Shown here piece by piece: positions 25,132-37,384 of a DNA stretch of 64,000 nt (its first letter is position 1; each line of letters starts with the position of its first letter). Source of the DNA: Felis catus (Eukaryota); the NCBI RefSeq assembly GCF_018350175.1, contig NC_058383.1, positions 20,090,001 to 20,154,000 of the forward strand, in the 5' to 3' direction. The position numbers and the translations under genes were made by a program. A model generated the notes under the pieces. That model was given only the letters and a program-made list of their open reading frames with translations, searched no databases and was not told the DNA's origin.

Positions 25132-25380
25132 AGGAGCGCCTGGGTGGCTCAGTCAGTTGATTGTCCGACTCTTGATTTTGGCTCAGACCATGATCCTGGG
25201 GTCTTGGGATCAAGCCCCACATCAGGCTCCACACTGAGCATGGAGCCTGCTTGAGTGTGTGTGCGTGTGTGTGTGTGTGTGTGTGTCTCAGTCTCCCTCC
25301 CTCCCGCCCCTCTCCCCCATTTGTACTCTTCGTCTCTCTCTAAAAGAAAAAAAAAAAAACATAAAAAAAACCCAAATAAA
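25132..25380 (+). mobile_element. CanSINE (SINEC) with internal (TG)n
   Basis: GCGCCTGGGTGGCTCAGTCAGTTG head; A-rich tail. Confidence 0.92.
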
Positions 25381-27229
25381 AGCCCTATTTCCCTCTGTCC
25401 CCTGAATTCACGGCATTCCAACGCCAACATCTACATGAGCTCTGTCCAGGGTCCTGACCTCCAAGTCCTCAGATTTCAGGAATGGGGTACTGTGGGTGAT
25501 AATTCTCAACTACCTATCTCCTTGGATTTCCTAAAACCCTGTTTTCTCTGTTGCGTGCTTATCCTTACAACTTTGCCTTTTTTAGCTTATGAATTTCTCA
25601 GGCCTTGGGTAACTTCCCTTACTTAGACGTGAGTGTAAACATCTCTCCTGGCCATCACTTTCGCTGCTGCAGCACGGTCTTTACTTTCCTCTGACGTCCC
25701 GTTTCAACATCCCTCTGGCATTCCTCTGTTTCTTTCATGTGGATCCTGCCAGGATTTCAGAACTAAAGTCTGCCTCTCAAATTCCCCCTGTACTTCTTCT
25801 CCCACATGCAGGGCTAAGGCTGTTTTCCGGAGCCTAATAGGATCTGCCTCATCTGCTTTCCCTTTTATTTTCTTCTGTTTCCCTTTCCTACTGTTTCTGT
25901 TCTGACTACAAGATAAAATCTTGTGTGTGTGTTTTTTAAATCTATTCCTTTCAGTAGATGTTCTCCTTTTAAAAATCTGAACCATAGTTTTCTGTTTGCC
26001 TACCAACACAGAAGCCTTCCTCCCTGCTAGCTATGCTTCTACAGGTTCCCGGGAAAACCTGTCTCCCAGAGCCACAGTGGTACAAGAACTTGCCTTGTTA
26101 TATTTGTTTCACCTCTTGGGTTTGAGATAAATCTGCTGGAACTTTAACAACAACCCCCAACCATGATATCAGGGTGCCATCTGTTGCTTGTCATGAGCCA
26201 AACGCTGAGTTAAGCACTTTGTGCTAGGTAGTGCTGGCCCCGCTTTACAGATGTGAACACTGAGGTGCAAACGAACGGAACAAAATGTTCTTTCTACAAT
26301 GATACCCTCATTCCTATTTGTCAGTCTATTTATAAAATCTTTTACCTTATGTGCTCAAACCTACCCTCTGGGTCACCCAACTCCACCAACCTAAACGGGC
26401 TTAGAGGTATGTTAGCTCCTCATATGTGAATAAAAGCAAAAAAGGAAAAGGAACAGAACTTGAGGTAAGGAATTTCATGTTGTACTCCAAATCTCTGGCT
26501 CCAATCCATAATCCTGGCTGGATTAAAATGAACCTGTCCTGCCCTTAGAAAGGAATGCAGATTATCACAATACAGGCAACAGGCAAGATCTTCTACTAAT
26601 TGGGATCTAGGCTTTTTCTTCAAAGGACTTTGCCCAGAACAGAGCTGTGAGACCGAATCTAACCCTCCCTGGTGCTGAACTATGCCAAGTGTTAGCATGA
26701 TAGGGATCTTGACAGAGATCCAAAATTGACAGTCCTAGTTTGCAGGATGATAACCCCCTTCCTAATTCCCTGAGGACCATTGTCTGTATTTCACAGAGCC
26801 CAAGTGTTGGCCATCTGGCAAACTGGGCTGGACAGGGCTGTTAGACGTAATAGGAGGCTCTGATGGAATTCAGCTAGGGCGCAGCTGTCTGGCACTTGCT
26901 CTGACAACTCCATTGTCCCCTCATAGGACTCTGGAGAAGTCATTACACCAAGAGCAATATCAATACCAAACAAGGCATCATTTTGATCTTCAGGGCCCCA
27001 ATGGTACCCAACGGCCAATACCCAATGGAAAGATCTAGGAAGAGCTGGAATAATAAAGAATATAGCACATTCTCAGGAACTATAAGCCCTTCTACTGCCT
27101 CCTAACCCCAAACCAGCTGGCCCCCAAGCTTGAAGTGAAAGCACCATAGCATGATCATGGGTGAAGGTGGAGAGAAAGAGAAAGCCCACAGCATGAAGGC
27201 ACAAAAGTAGGAGAGAACACATACATCAC

Positions 27230-27400
27230 TAGCTTTCAAACTTTGATGTGCATGAGAATTGCCTTGGGACAGTGTTGAAAACACAGACGCCCGAGAGACA
27301 GTTTAGAACTACTCAGTCAAAATCTGTATTTTTTAATCCACCTGCTCCAGTGATTCTGATACGTAGTGACGTCTGAGAACAATTGAAGTTTGAGAACTCT
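27230..27400. mobile_element. MER5A-like fragment
   Basis: TTTCAAACTTTGATGTGCATGAGAATTGCC...AATCTGTATTTTTTAA...CCAGTGATTCTGAT. Confidence 0.6.
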
Positions 27401-30000
27401 GTGATCTAGCTCCCTATTGTACAGTCCATTCAATGCCCTGGGATTGGACTCAATCCAACTGGTATGAGGCAGTAGGTAGAGAGAAAAATGAAAGCACCTC
27501 CACCTTATTCATGTGTGATCTTTGAGGACTCTTTTTACCTAGGTTAGAGGAAGCCTTAGCAGCCCGTCCCTGCCCCTTTCCCTGGTCTGACCAATTTTTT
27601 GTTGAGCCGGTGTGGGGTGGTCCTCCACAAATCCCAGATTCACAGAAAGCCAATTCCAATAAGACAAAGGGAGAACTTCTGGACAGGAAAAAGAAAGTAT
27701 TTGTAAAGTGAGCCTCTAAATGGAAGAACTTTTAACCTACTGGATCCTTCCACTAGAAGGTCTATCTTATATTACCAGGGCCCAGTAGACTTGGGCCCCC
27801 ACTGGAGCCCCAAGCCAAAGTGGTCAGTTTGTGTCTTTCCTGGGAAACACCACTAAGGAAAATAGGGACCTTGTCTGTCTTCTCTGCTATGCCTAGCGCA
27901 GTATCAGGCACATTGTAGGTTTGGTAAACACTAGTTGAATGGATACATGAGGAAATGGATGAATAAACTAGAGCAGGCTTGCTAAATCTTAGCAGGTACC
28001 TTCAAGTCTGTAACCCAGATCCTTACGACCCTGGACAAATCACCTACCACCGCTGGGTCTGTTTGCTAAACTCAAGGTAGGAATAATAATAGTACTCACT
28101 TTATAAGGCTGTTTTGAGGTTTCAATTAGTTATTCCATGTTGAGTGCTTAGGGCAGTATCTGGTTAGTGATCACTATCCACTGTGATTGCACATAATCAA
28201 AAAATAAAACTAGTCACGTTAATTAAATTATCATGTTTTGATTTTTCTGAATATGTTCTTAAAAAGATAGAAGAAATATCACTTATTACCATCAATGCAT
28301 TTGGAAAAGACACCTTCACATAAGACATGGAAGAAGGGAAGGGCATCTTCTCAGAGTAAAGGTCATTCCTTTGAGTTTTTAAGAAATCTAACTTTATAAA
28401 AATAGTGCCTGCATGGTCTTGATTTTTAAAAACATTTATTAAGGACTAGCAGAAATGTTTTCACAGTGGTCTATGTATTTTTTCTCTCTCAGAATCATGG
28501 AATGGATTGCCTCTCTCTGAAGGGCCTGATGTAAGATTGATGATCATGGCCTAGAGGACTTGGTATCTCTTTGTTCAGAGTGGGCTCTGAGTTGTGAAGA
28601 AGAGCCCTGGGCCATGTGGGCCTGGTTGTAGCTGGGCAGTGGATGAGTTGGTCATTTTTGCCTCTGGGGGCCGTCCTGACTTAGCAAAGAGGGTTCTATC
28701 CCTTTTGTTGTGACACCTTGTCCCCACACACTTACTCGTGAGGTATTATTTAGTAGGAATTCTCTAGAACTCCTTTGATTCCTAGCAGTCGGGTGGGTGC
28801 TAAGGCAAATCCGGGAAGGATAGGAGTAGGGAGGAACCCTGAAAGTTGGGTAGATTCCTGCACAAAGTACAAGTCATGGCACTGAGCTCAAAGAGATGGT
28901 TTGTGTGAATGGAGGTGTGAAGAAAGCATGCTCCTTACCCTGGTTCCTTTTCTCTCTGAGTGGCTCCACAAATTTCCATCACCTGAGCCAGAATTTAGGA
29001 GTCATTTCCTTGACTCCCTCTTTCCCTCCAAACTCAATTGGTTACCAAGTTTAGTTATTAGTGCCTCTTAATATCTCATAAGTGATTCTCACCACGGCAA
29101 CCACTGCAACCAATGCAACGGCCTTAACATTGGTATCTTTGCTTGAGCTTCTTTTCCATCTTTCCTCCATATTAATTCCATCGATTAATCCACCCATCCA
29201 TCCTTTCACCCACGCACACACCCATCCATCCATCAATTTGCATATCCATCTATGCTTACATAGTGCTCGTAAAGTCCATGAATGATTTTTCTAAGACACA
29301 GGTTTGAGCATATCATACTCACTCCTATCTCCTCTTCTAATGAACCTTACTCTGCTGTCTGCAGGGAAAAAAAATATATTAACCTTGTTCAAGGTCATTA
29401 ATGACTAAGCTTGAGGCTATTTGTTGAGAGTTCAGCTAAAGTACCCCTTAATGTTGCTGCCTTGACATCCATTTTGTAAGGGCAAGTGGCCTGTAGGGAC
29501 CTGGGACCAACATTAGCCTTTCCCTTGAGCAAGTGCCGTAGATAGTAGCCCTTAGACTTACAAGTCTTGGTATGACTCTCCCAACCGCCCTTGTGATAAG
29601 CACTCTTCTCCTCCTCCCAAGGCCCTTTTCCCGTATGTATTGTTTAGGTGGAGACTCCTTCAAAGCTTACCAAAACGTCACTTGTTTTGGTTGAAATTGA
29701 CCACTCTGCCCTTAGTCTGGGAACACCAAAGCACTCCATCTGTGGACCTAATGAAGGCATGTGCCCTGAGTGTATTGCCATGCTCTCTTTGCCTGCACCC
29801 TGCCTTAATTTCCCTGCACAGTCTTTTGAGGCATGCTGTGCACATCCTCCAAGGATCCATGAATAATAAGCTTCTTTTTTTCACCATTCCTTGCGGTGTT
29901 TTGTTGAAAGGCGGGTCACCGTCCAACCCTCCAGGGCTCTACTTAACAAGTGTGAATTTAACAAAGTCCCAACACTATTGTTAAAACACAAGAGCTTTTC

Positions 30001-30222
30001 GGGGCGCCTGGGTGGCGCAGTCGGTTAAGCGTCCAACTTCAGCCAGGTCACGATCTCGCGGTCCGTGAGTTCGAGCCCCGCGTCGGGCTCTGGGCTGATG
30101 GCTCGGAGCCTGGAGCCTGTTTCCGATTCTGTGTCTCCCTCTCTCTCTGCCCCTCCCCCGTTCATGCGCTGTCTCTCTCTGTCCCAAAAATAAATAAAAA
30201 ACTTTGAAAAAAAAATTAAAAA
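30001..30222 (+). mobile_element. Young feline CanSINE (SINEC_Fc-like)
   Basis: Intact A/B boxes; 17-bp TSD AAAACACAAGAGCTTTT at 29983-29999 and 30223-30239. Confidence 0.97.
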
Positions 30223-31530
30223 AAAACACAAGAGCTTTTAGGTACAGCTTGTTTAAAATGTGGTGTATTCATTACTCCTATTTTGCAAATGTGGAAACTG
30301 AGTCTCAGAGTTCAGTTACAAGCTCAGGGTTGGGTTGCACAGGTAGTAATCCGTGGAAACAAGAATTTCGCCTCCTCTTTACCACTAAACTACCCTGTGT
30401 CTGGAAGTAACCTTTTCCCCAGACTCATCTATTTTTAATTGACTTGACACATGCTATGTTCCCATACCATGTGGGAAATGAGATTGAAGAGAGGTTTACG
30501 AAAGACTGAAGGCATCCGGAAGTGGGGGTGAGGTGTGGTGATGAGGAAGGTTTCAGAGGGAGCTTCAAGGGAATCTTGAGGAACAAGTAGGTGTTTAAGA
30601 TTCAAGTAAGGAGTACAACATCCCAGGTAGAGAGACGGCATTCAGGCTTAAATCTGTATTAGTAGGGCATCCACCCTGGAATCTAAATATACGAAGCATC
30701 TAAAGAACAAAAGAAATCCCAAAGGATTCTAAAAGGTGGTCGTCCACTAAACACGTGTGTGCATATGCACGAGCATACACAGTGGTTTTAACCCACAAGA
30801 AGTTCATTGCCATACGGCGTATGCGGTGGTGTGAACTCCACAGCGATCCGCGCTCATTGGGTGATGCTGTGGGGAGCCGGTCCTCACCCCAGAGCCCGGG
30901 GGCCACACACATCGGAATAAATGATCACAATGAATTTCCGTCGTGGTGCTCACCCTGGTGAGTTCAGGGTTTTTGACCGTTCTTAGTGCCTCGCAAAGTG
31001 TGCAAGTATTTGCTTTCTATGATAAAATATATTCTTTCAACCCTAGAACGATTTGAGAGCTAAAGTATCTACACTGCAGAAATATCGTGAATCCTGAACA
31101 TGGCGGGTTTCTGACATTCTGGATCGTGGTTCTCCACTGTGTCTGGCAAGTCTGGGCCCAGTGAATGCTGTAGAAGGCTAGAGGTGAGGGTGCTCTTGGC
31201 TAGAGGTAAGGCTGGAAGGCAATGCTTTTGTCTGGCCAGCTGCCCAAACCAGATCATGCCACTGTCTGATCATTTTTACCGGAATCCTGTCTATCTGTCC
31301 ATCCTGTCCAGATGTTGGTCTATGTGTCTTTCCTATGCAGATTCTACATTCACAGGATCTTTCTGGTCTCCAGCCATCACTGATGACATCTCCCCTCCCA
31401 CTTGGCTGAGTTCATTTCTATTACTAGAGGAAAGTATTTCCTCCCAACCATGGAGAGGTGCAGGAATATAGCTGGCACTGTGGGTGGTCTCCTAACAGTC
31501 ATTACAAACCCTTACTAATAGACCCTCCTT

Positions 31531-31531
<1 letters not shown>

Positions 31532-31563
<32 letters not shown>
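31532..31563. repeat. Poly-C/poly-G homopolymer (32 nt)
   Basis: Direct reading. Confidence 0.9.
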
Positions 31564-31565
<2 letters not shown>

Positions 31566-31758
31566 CACACATGGCTTCCTAGATACTTCTAGGAAGTATT
31601 TGTCTTACTAGACAGGAAGTAATTGTCTTACTAGACAATTGCCAGTTCCCTCTACAACTATGTGTTGTCTTGTGACCAAGTTTTGGGCAATAGCAAACAA
31701 GTCAAAGAATTCTTATTACTAAAGAATATGACTGCTATGATGCATCTTTAAGATGGCT

Positions 31759-31975
31759 GGGGCGCCTGGGTGGCGCAGTCGGTTAAGCGTCCGGCTTCAG
31801 CCAGGTCACGATCTCGCGGTCCGTGAGTTCAAGCCCCGCGTCGGGCTCTGGGCTGGTGGCTCAGAGCCTGGAGCCTGTTTCCGATTCTGTGTCTCCCTCT
31901 CTCTCTGCCCCTCCCCCGTTCATGCTCTGTCTCGCTCTGTCCCAAAAATAAATAAACGTTGAAAAAAAAAATTTT
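31759..31975 (+). mobile_element. Young feline CanSINE (SINEC_Fc-like)
   Basis: GGGGCGCCTGGGTGGCGCAGTCGGTTAAGCG...CCCAAAAATAAATAAACG, A tail; flanking TTTAAGATGG repeat. Confidence 0.97.
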
Positions 31976-32261
31976 AAGATGGGAAGGGGTGCCTTTACTC
32001 GCCTCCTCCCTGAGCATTGGAATGTAGAAGTGACGGCTGGAGCCCCAGCAGCCAAACTGGATGAAGACACAGGTGTGGGTGGAGAATGATAAAGCAGAAA
32101 AGCAAAGGGGCCTGGTTGCTGTTGGTCCTCCTTCTTTCTTACCTGATCTTGACCTTAACTTGCTTGAGAGTGAAACTTCTGTTGTTGTTGTTTTTTTTTT
32201 TTTAATCGTTGCCATTTTGGATTATCTGTCATTCGTAGCAGAAACTAATCCTAACTGATTA

Positions 32262-32680
32262 TATCAGGCAGTGTTTTTGCTGCCTAACAACCCACCTCCG
32301 CACTTAGTGGCTTGAAACAAGAAACATGTGGGTATTTTTTTTCTTGCAGTCGTGTCTGTTGCCTTGGTGGTTTTTCTGGTCTGGATTGGCATGGCTGATC
32401 TCTGGCTCACCTAGGATGACTTAGCATGATACCATTCACGGGTCTAGGGGTTGTCTCCATGTGAGCTGGGGCGACACAGGCGTGCCTCATCATCCCGCAG
32501 TCTAGTCTAGACCCGTTTATATAAGGGTCTTGGGGTTCCCAAGAACAGAAGAAGACTGCAATTCCCAGGGTGCAAGTTTGTGACGGCATCACCCTTGCGC
32601 CGGTCCTATTGGCCAGAGCAGCTCACGTGACCAAACTCAGCGCCAGTGTGAGAGAGGACAGCCCAAGGGCTTGGATATAA
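32262..32680 (-). mobile_element. MLT1 (H/G-like) solo LTR
   Basis: TTGCTGCCTAACAACCCACC...CTTAGTGGCTTGAAACAA; CCTATTGGCCAGAGCAGCTCACGTGACCAAACTCAG. Confidence 0.7.
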
Positions 32681-32854
32681 TCCACACGCTATTCATTAAC
32701 AGCAGGATGCTATTTTTAAGAGGGGCAGAACTGTATTCCCCAGGTTAAGGCAATTTATTCATGGCAGAATTGCGGCTAGCATAGCATCTGCATATCCTAA
32801 CCCCAAATCCAGCAATGTTTTGTTTTTGTTTTTGTTTTTGTTTTTTTTCCTGAA

Positions 32855-33090
32855 AGTATAGTGTTTAAGACCCTGGGCTCTGACTCTAGACTTCCTGGAT
32901 TCATATCCCAGCTCCACCACGACTAGATCGATTTCCTTGGATAAGTATTACTTCTCTCTCTATTCTTCGAAGCCCCTTCCTCTGTAATATAAAGATCACA
33001 AGACCACTGGGATGTTAAGAGCCTTAAATGGCTTAACGTGCACAGTGGTAAAAACAGTTCTTGGCACACGGTACGTGCACGAAAATGACA
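32855..33090 (+). mobile_element. MIR SINE
   Basis: GGGCTCTGACTCTAGACTTCCTGGATTCATATCCCAGCTCCACCAC...CCTTGGATAAGT. Confidence 0.75.
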
Positions 33091-34097
33091 GCTAATCCTG
33101 AAACCGAGGTACCAGTCCCATGTCCCGCTCTTCCCAGCCCACCTCTGTCACCATGCTCTAACACCAGCGTTCCTCTGGCAACAATTCCAGTAACGCCTTC
33201 TTCACTCTCTCGCAGAAGCCATTGGAGCTAACCGAGAGGTGAGCTCTTTTGTAAATGAAGATCTTTGCCCACATGCTTATTCTTTTTACTACTTATAGCT
33301 CATGCCTCTGGGATTTCCTTCAGATTTACATCCTAGTTAAGTGAGATGATAACTATCACTCCAGGACATATCTGTCCAGAGGAGTATGCCCGGGGGTCTC
33401 CCTGGCGAAGGTTTCTTATCATCTCCATTACCTGCTGGGTCCTCTTGCAAAAATAGAAGGCTAGAGCCTCAGCAACTGACTGCAGAAAAGCTCTCATCTT
33501 TGCGGGCTTGGCTTGGGAAAAAAAAAAAACGGATGAAAGGCATCTAACTGCAGGTAATTAATTCTCCTGGTGTTTTGGGGTATGTGCATCTGCTTCGGTG
33601 GCTACATTTGTTAATATCAAGCGCTAGGGATTTCTTTCAGAGCAATTGTAATAAAAATAAAAAAAAATAAAGCAAAGGAACATTTTTGAACCACTAAGCT
33701 GGCCGCCCTAAATCTCTGGCCTGTTTGGTATGTAAAACCTTTCATCCAGCATGCATTTTTTATGAAAGGATTGAAAACCCCAGAAATAAAACATGGGGTG
33801 CGGAACATCATTATGCAAAAGTTAGAGCTGCCCAGGCAACGGGGATCAAGCAGGCAGTCCCCGGGGAGCAGGGTGGTTCTGGGGAGCACCATGCCAGAAG
33901 CGCTGGGGGTCAGCAGGTATCCGGGAGGATTGGCTGAGCCAAGAAAGAGCCAGTGAGCGGCCGATCAGTGGTTAGCTCCTGAGTAAATTTGCAAAGAATG
34001 AGAGAGATGCTCACTGTCACCCAGGACTCTACCATACCCACAGCTGCTGGGCAATCGAGTGTCCAAAGGTCCCCCCTCATCTAAACAAATGGCTACT

Positions 34098-34506
34098 CCG
34101 GTCAAGATAATGCTAGAACAAACCCACAAACCCACAAACCCAAACAAGTATCATGGCTCATTCATTTCTTCCCCGTGTAAAGTCCAAAATGGGTGCTTCC
34201 GAGGGGTGGGCAACTCTCCTCCAGTTCAACTCTTCTTGAACAAGCTGCGGCCTCACCATTTCTTTGGAGCGGGGCCTCCGAAGTTCACATCTTCCTGGAG
34301 GAAAATGCGCGGGAGGGTTTATGTGTCCGGCTCGGTTGGGGCTGCCTTACTTAGGCTCACGTTCATTGATCAAAACTCAGCCACCTAGCCACCCCTAACT
34401 GTCAGAAGGCTTGGGAATATTGTGTCCTTGTATTCTCTCCCCCTCCCCACAATCCTCACCAAAAGAGGTAGTCGTTTTCGCAAATGAATAGCCGATCTCT
34501 GCCATA
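34098..34506 (-). mobile_element. MLT1K-like solo LTR
   Basis: CAAAACTCAGCCACCTAGCCACCCCTAACTGTCAGAAGGCTTGGGAA; terminal TCTCTGCCATA. Confidence 0.6.
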
Positions 34507-34757
34507 CCTGAGCTTAACATAATCCCTTGATCACATTATTTGCATTTTTGCCCCAGACAATCCATCCTGTGTAGCGAAACCATAGCCATCACTGCAGTTC
34601 TCAACTGTAAGGATTTCCCGCTGCAATAAAAAGAAACCAGCCCCCCTCCCACGCCCCCCAAAACCCTGAGCGGCCAGAAGTCTGCTTTCATGGTCGACCC
34701 CGTCTCGTGCTTTCTTCTTCCCTCCTCCACGCAGGACTCTTTCCTGTCTGAGGAAAC

Positions 34758-34984
34758 TTTTTTTTTTAATTTTTTTTTCAACGTTTTTTATTTATTTTTG
34801 GGACAGAGAGAGACAGAGCATGAACGGGGGAGGGGCAGAGAGAGAGGGAGACACAGAATCGGAAACAGGCTCCAGGCTCTGAGCCATCAGCCCAGAGCCC
34901 GACGCGGGGCTCGAACTCACGGACCCCGAGATCGTGACCTGGCTGAAGTCGGATGCTAACAGACTGAGCCATCCAGGTGCCCCT
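34758..34984 (-). mobile_element. CanSINE, young body with diverged 5' head, no TSD
   Basis: Body near-identical to the 30001/31759 copies; head reads GGGGCACCTGGATGGCTCAGTCTGTTAGCATCC on the minus strand. Confidence 0.95.
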
Positions 34985-35092
34985 CTATGTTTAATTTTTT
35001 GAAGACCCCCCCCCATACTGTTTTCCATAATAGCTGCGCCCATTTATATTCCCGCCAACAATGCACAAGGGTTCCCTTTTCTCCGCACCCTT
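34985..35092 (-). mobile_element. Short L1 fragment
   Basis: CATACTGTTTTCCATAATAGCTGCGCCCATTTATATTCCCGCCAACAATGCACAAGGGTTCCCTTTTCTCCGCACCCT. Confidence 0.85.
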
Positions 35093-35307
35093 TTGCTGTT
35101 TCCTTTCCACAGAGCACCCTTCCCCGTCCATCTCCTTATATCACCAATCATAATATCACTTTCTAAGAGACACTCTCCTGCCCCTCCTGAGGCAGCTGCT
35201 CCTGCTTCTGCCCTCCATTACCGCGCGTTATATCTCCTTTATAGAACTTCACACTCAGGAATGAATTAATGCGTTTCATCATCCATTGACCGTATCTTCC
35301 ACTAGAC

Positions 35308-35518
35308 TAGGTGCCAGGACTCTTTTTCTGGAAAGGGCCAGATAAGTGATTATTTCTGTTTTTTATGGATCACACCATGTCATTGTAATTATTTACTCTG
35401 CTGTCGGAGCAGAAGAAGAACCATAGACAATATGTAAATGATTGGGCTTGGCTGTGTCCCAATAAAACTTTATTTATGGAAACAGTTATTGACATAGGTT
35501 CTAGTTTGCTGATTCCTG
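35308..35518 (+). mobile_element. MER58A hAT-Charlie fossil
   Basis: TTTTTCTGGAAAGGGCCAGATA...CCATAGACAATATGTAAATGA...GGCTGTGTCCCAATAAAACTTTATTTA...TAGTTTGCTGATTCCTG. Confidence 0.85.
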
Positions 35519-35759
35519 CACTGGAACCATCGGACCGTGGCGGCAAGGATTTCCATCACTGCATCCTCAACGCTTAGCATGATTACTGGGGCATAGTAGG
35601 AACTTACCAAACCCCATGCCCAGGGATTTTGACTTGGCTGTAAGTTCAGTATTGAGGGGGACATAATGGGTATGGAGAGACTCAGCCCCCCCAAACTTAG
35701 AGATAATTGGTGTGCACACATTATAGATTGACTCATTCCTCTACCCACTTCCAACCCCT

Positions 35760-36212
35760 TCTCACATGCCTTCCTCGATGAAAAAGGTTGATAAGCCCAA
35801 TTCTTGATCTGCCTGGTCACTCTCCACTTAGGGATGGCCATATAAATGGTGTTGGTCGATAGTACCTAAGTGGAATTCGACTGAGCAGGGCTTCTGAAGA
35901 AGCATTTGCTTTCTTGAAGAAAAGAAACAGACTTGACCATGCATCCTTGACTTTGTGTCCTTCTTCCTGACTGTGCTGCAGATGTGCTGCTGAGAGGTAC
36001 AACAGCCAGCCTGCGGGTACATGATAGGAGCCCAGTGCCAAGGACAGCAGAGCAGCCAAGACAGAAGGGCTGGGTCCTCGGTGTCATCGAGCACCAGCTC
36101 TTGAGTGCTCACTGGGCTTCTTGCCTTTTAAGGCAACTCAAGCCCTAACTTGTTCAAGCCACTGTGTGTTAGGTCTTCCTTTGCTTGGAGCTGAACACAT
36201 TCCTAACTGATG
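35760..36212 (+). mobile_element. MLT1 (L-like) solo LTR
   Basis: GGGCTTCTGAAGAAGCATTTGCTTTCTTGA...GTTCAAGCCACTG...GCTGAACACATTCCTAACTGAT. Confidence 0.7.
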
Positions 36213-36926
36213 TTCGTGTTCGCTAGTCTTGCGCCGATAACCCCATCCCCCTGCCTTGTTCCTCCTGGGCGGTCTCAGAAGTTTTGTTTCTGTAATCACC
36301 TCTGTGCTTTTTTCCTGATTGTTCCTTCTCGTTCATCACCTCCTGTTCAGATTCCCAGCAGAATTCGGGAAGAAATAACTACATTACTGCTTGGTCTTAG
36401 GAGACGGAGCCCTGATGGGGCACTGGGCAGATTTGGTAACAGCGCACAGCAGTGCCCACCACCGTCTTGCTGTTTACATGGCCTGTGGGAGTGTAGGCTC
36501 TGGTTCTTTTTTATTTTATTTTATTTTATCTTATTTTATTTATTTTTTAATTAATTAATTTTATTTAATTTTATTTATTTTAATTTTATTTTATTATTTT
36601 ATTTTATTTATTTTACTTTATTTTATTTTATTATTTTATTTTATTTTATTTTACTTTATTTTATTATTTTATTTTATTTATTTTACTTTATTTTATTTTA
36701 TTTTATTATTTTATTTTATTTTATTTTACTTTATTTTATTATTTTATTTTATTTATTTTATTGTTTTATTTTATTTACTTTATTTTACTTTATTTTATTT
36801 TATTTATTTTTTAATTAATTTAATTTATTTTATTTTATTTATTTTAATTTAATTTTACTATTTAATTTTATTTATTTTATTTTATTAATTAATTAATTTT
36901 ATTTTATTTATTTTATTTTTTTTTTC

Positions 36927-37139
36927 ATTTTTTTTTCGACGTTTATTTATTTTTGGGACAGAGAGAGACAGAGCATGAACAGGGGAGGGGCAGAGAGAGA
37001 GGGAGACACAGAATCGGAAACAGGCTCCAGGCTCTGAGCCATCAACCCAGAGCCTGACTCGGGGCTCGAACTCACGGACCGCGAGATCGTGACCTGGTTG
37101 AAGTCGGACACTTAACCGACTGCACCACCCAGGCGCCCC
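36927..37139 (-). mobile_element. Young feline CanSINE nested in the TTTTA tract
   Basis: Full reverse-complement SINE ending CCACCCAGGCGCCCC. Confidence 0.96.
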
Positions 37140-37163
37140 TTTATTTTATTTATTTTAATTTAA

Positions 37164-37384
37164 TTTTTTTAATTTTTTTTTCAACGTTTATTTATTTTTG
37201 GGACAGAGAGAGACAGAGCATGAATGGGGGAGGGGCAGAGAGAGAGGGAGACACAGAATCAGAAACAGGCTCCAGGCTCTGAGCCATCAGCCCAGAGCCC
37301 AACGCGGGCTCGAACTCACGGACCATGAGATTGTGACCTGGCTGAAGTCGGACGCTTAACTGACTGCGCCACCCAGACGCCCCT
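37164..37384 (-). mobile_element. Young feline CanSINE nested in the TTTTA tract
   Basis: Full reverse-complement SINE ending CTGCGCCACCCAGACGCCCC. Confidence 0.96.

Larger units (their letters stand above)
31495..32260 (+). mobile_element. MLT1 (I/J-like) solo LTR containing poly-C and a SINE
   Basis: TGTGACCAAGTTTTGGGCAAT, GGAATGTAGAAGTGACGGCTGGAGCCCCAGCAGCCA, terminal ACTAATCCTAACTGAT. Confidence 0.65.

Noticed and set aside
30001..30085. tRNA-like A/B boxes
   Set aside because: These are tRNA-derived SINE heads followed by CT and A tails, not tRNA genes
29981..30231. Recurrent peptides such as GAPGWRSRLSVRLQ / ERGRGRERGRHRIGNRL in many ORFs
   Set aside because: Translations of SINE copies, not a gene family
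31591..31636. Short direct repeats as a possible CRISPR-like array
   Set aside because: Only two adjacent copies, no spacers, mammalian context, no cas genes
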